The notes under the pieces: generated by a model
Seen by the model: only the letters and a program-made list of their open reading frames with translations
Databases searched by the model: none
Told to the model about the DNA's origin: nothing
In this document: positions 63,390-64,000 of the stretch, piece after piece
How the letters are laid out: each line of letters opens with the position of its first letter
Position numbering within the stretch: position 1 is the stretch's first letter
Source of the DNA: Mobula birostris
Lineage: Eukaryota
Direction: 5' to 3'
Assembly: GCF_030028105.1 (NCBI RefSeq)
Contig: NC_092383.1
Location: 87,315,921-87,379,920, forward strand
DNA: 64,000 nucleotides
Translations under genes and position numbers: made by a program

Positions 63390-64000
63390 CTGATCTTGTT
63401 CGGCAACAAGGGATATACTTTCTGTTTCCTGATGTGGTCTAGATGTCGATGGCATACACTTCCATCCTCAAGCGCTGAAGTAACCTACTGGCCCTCTTTC
63501 AACACAACTTCTCCTTTCATCCACATTCAGCTCTCAGGATTTGGGTGAACATAAACTGGCTCTCCTGCCTCAAAGTTCCGATGTTCTGTTTTTGAATCGT
63601 ACCGCACTTTCATTCTGTTGTCTGTGTCTTACTTGGTTTTCCGGCGGAAGGCGCAGTAAATCCAATTGGGAACGCAACCTGCGGCCCATCAATAGCTCAG
63701 ATGAAACCTCTGGTGGTTTCTGGAGTTATCATGTACCTGAAAAAGACTGTTCATCCTGGTGTGTATGTCCACATTCAACTTTTGTATCCCCTGCTTGACA
63801 GTCTGAACAGCTCTCTCAGCCATACCGTTTGATGATGAGTGACGGGGGGGGGGGGGGGGGGTGAATGTTGAAATCAAATTCCATTGTCCTGTAAAAAATA
63901 ATTTGAATTCCACACTTGTAAACGAGAGACCATTATCATAGATCACAGTATGGAGGATTTTACGTGTACCTAATAGTAAGCATAAAAAATTTATCGTTGT
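63390..64000 (-). mobile_element. Gypsy integrase remnant running off the window edge
   Basis: IYDNGLSFTSVEFK...HSSSNGMAERAVQTVKQG (DDE core), followed by GPY/F-like RNYSRGPKWI...GPVGY. Confidence 0.8.

Noticed and set aside
1-64000. The many 60-130 aa ORFs in the supplied track
   Set aside because: Nearly all are antisense or frameshifted pieces of TEs, or chance ORFs; only those overlapping the listed exons or TE domains were used.

Overview
Vertebrate genomic DNA, most likely a cartilaginous fish (ray or shark, inferred from the CR1/SINE/Tc1 repertoire and the receptor family). About two thirds is transposon debris: CR1, L1/Tx1, R2/R4-like, Gypsy, BEL/Pao, Tc1, Tigger, hAT and tRNA-SINEs, often nested. 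The ORF track mostly misses the only host gene, a + strand Ig-superfamily inhibitory receptor at about 10.4-39.0 kb. It combines CD300/pIgR-type V exons with FCRL-like C2 exons, an architecture resembling the MDIR receptors I recall from skate. The V-C2 module has been tandemly duplicated about four times. Exon order: V1 (intact), C2a (dead), [V deleted], C2b (intact), V2 (Cys-to-stop), C2c (intact), V3 (82-nt deletion), then one stalk, one TM and two cytoplasmic exons. The tail keeps one ITIM before a premature TGA. All splice phases join in frame, so a V-C2-C2-TM-ITIM protein of about 420 aa is possible if the three dead exons are skipped; I found no leader exon for it. A matching signal-peptide exon at 61180 marks the start of the next paralog. 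Other highlights are an intronless RBM25 fragment inside a Gypsy remnant and an LTR-like family whose two copies each expanded a different minisatellite, one a perfect 22-bp x 61 array. There is no CRISPR array, rRNA or genuine tRNA. All coordinates were counted by hand; TE boundaries are approximate unless a TSD is given.
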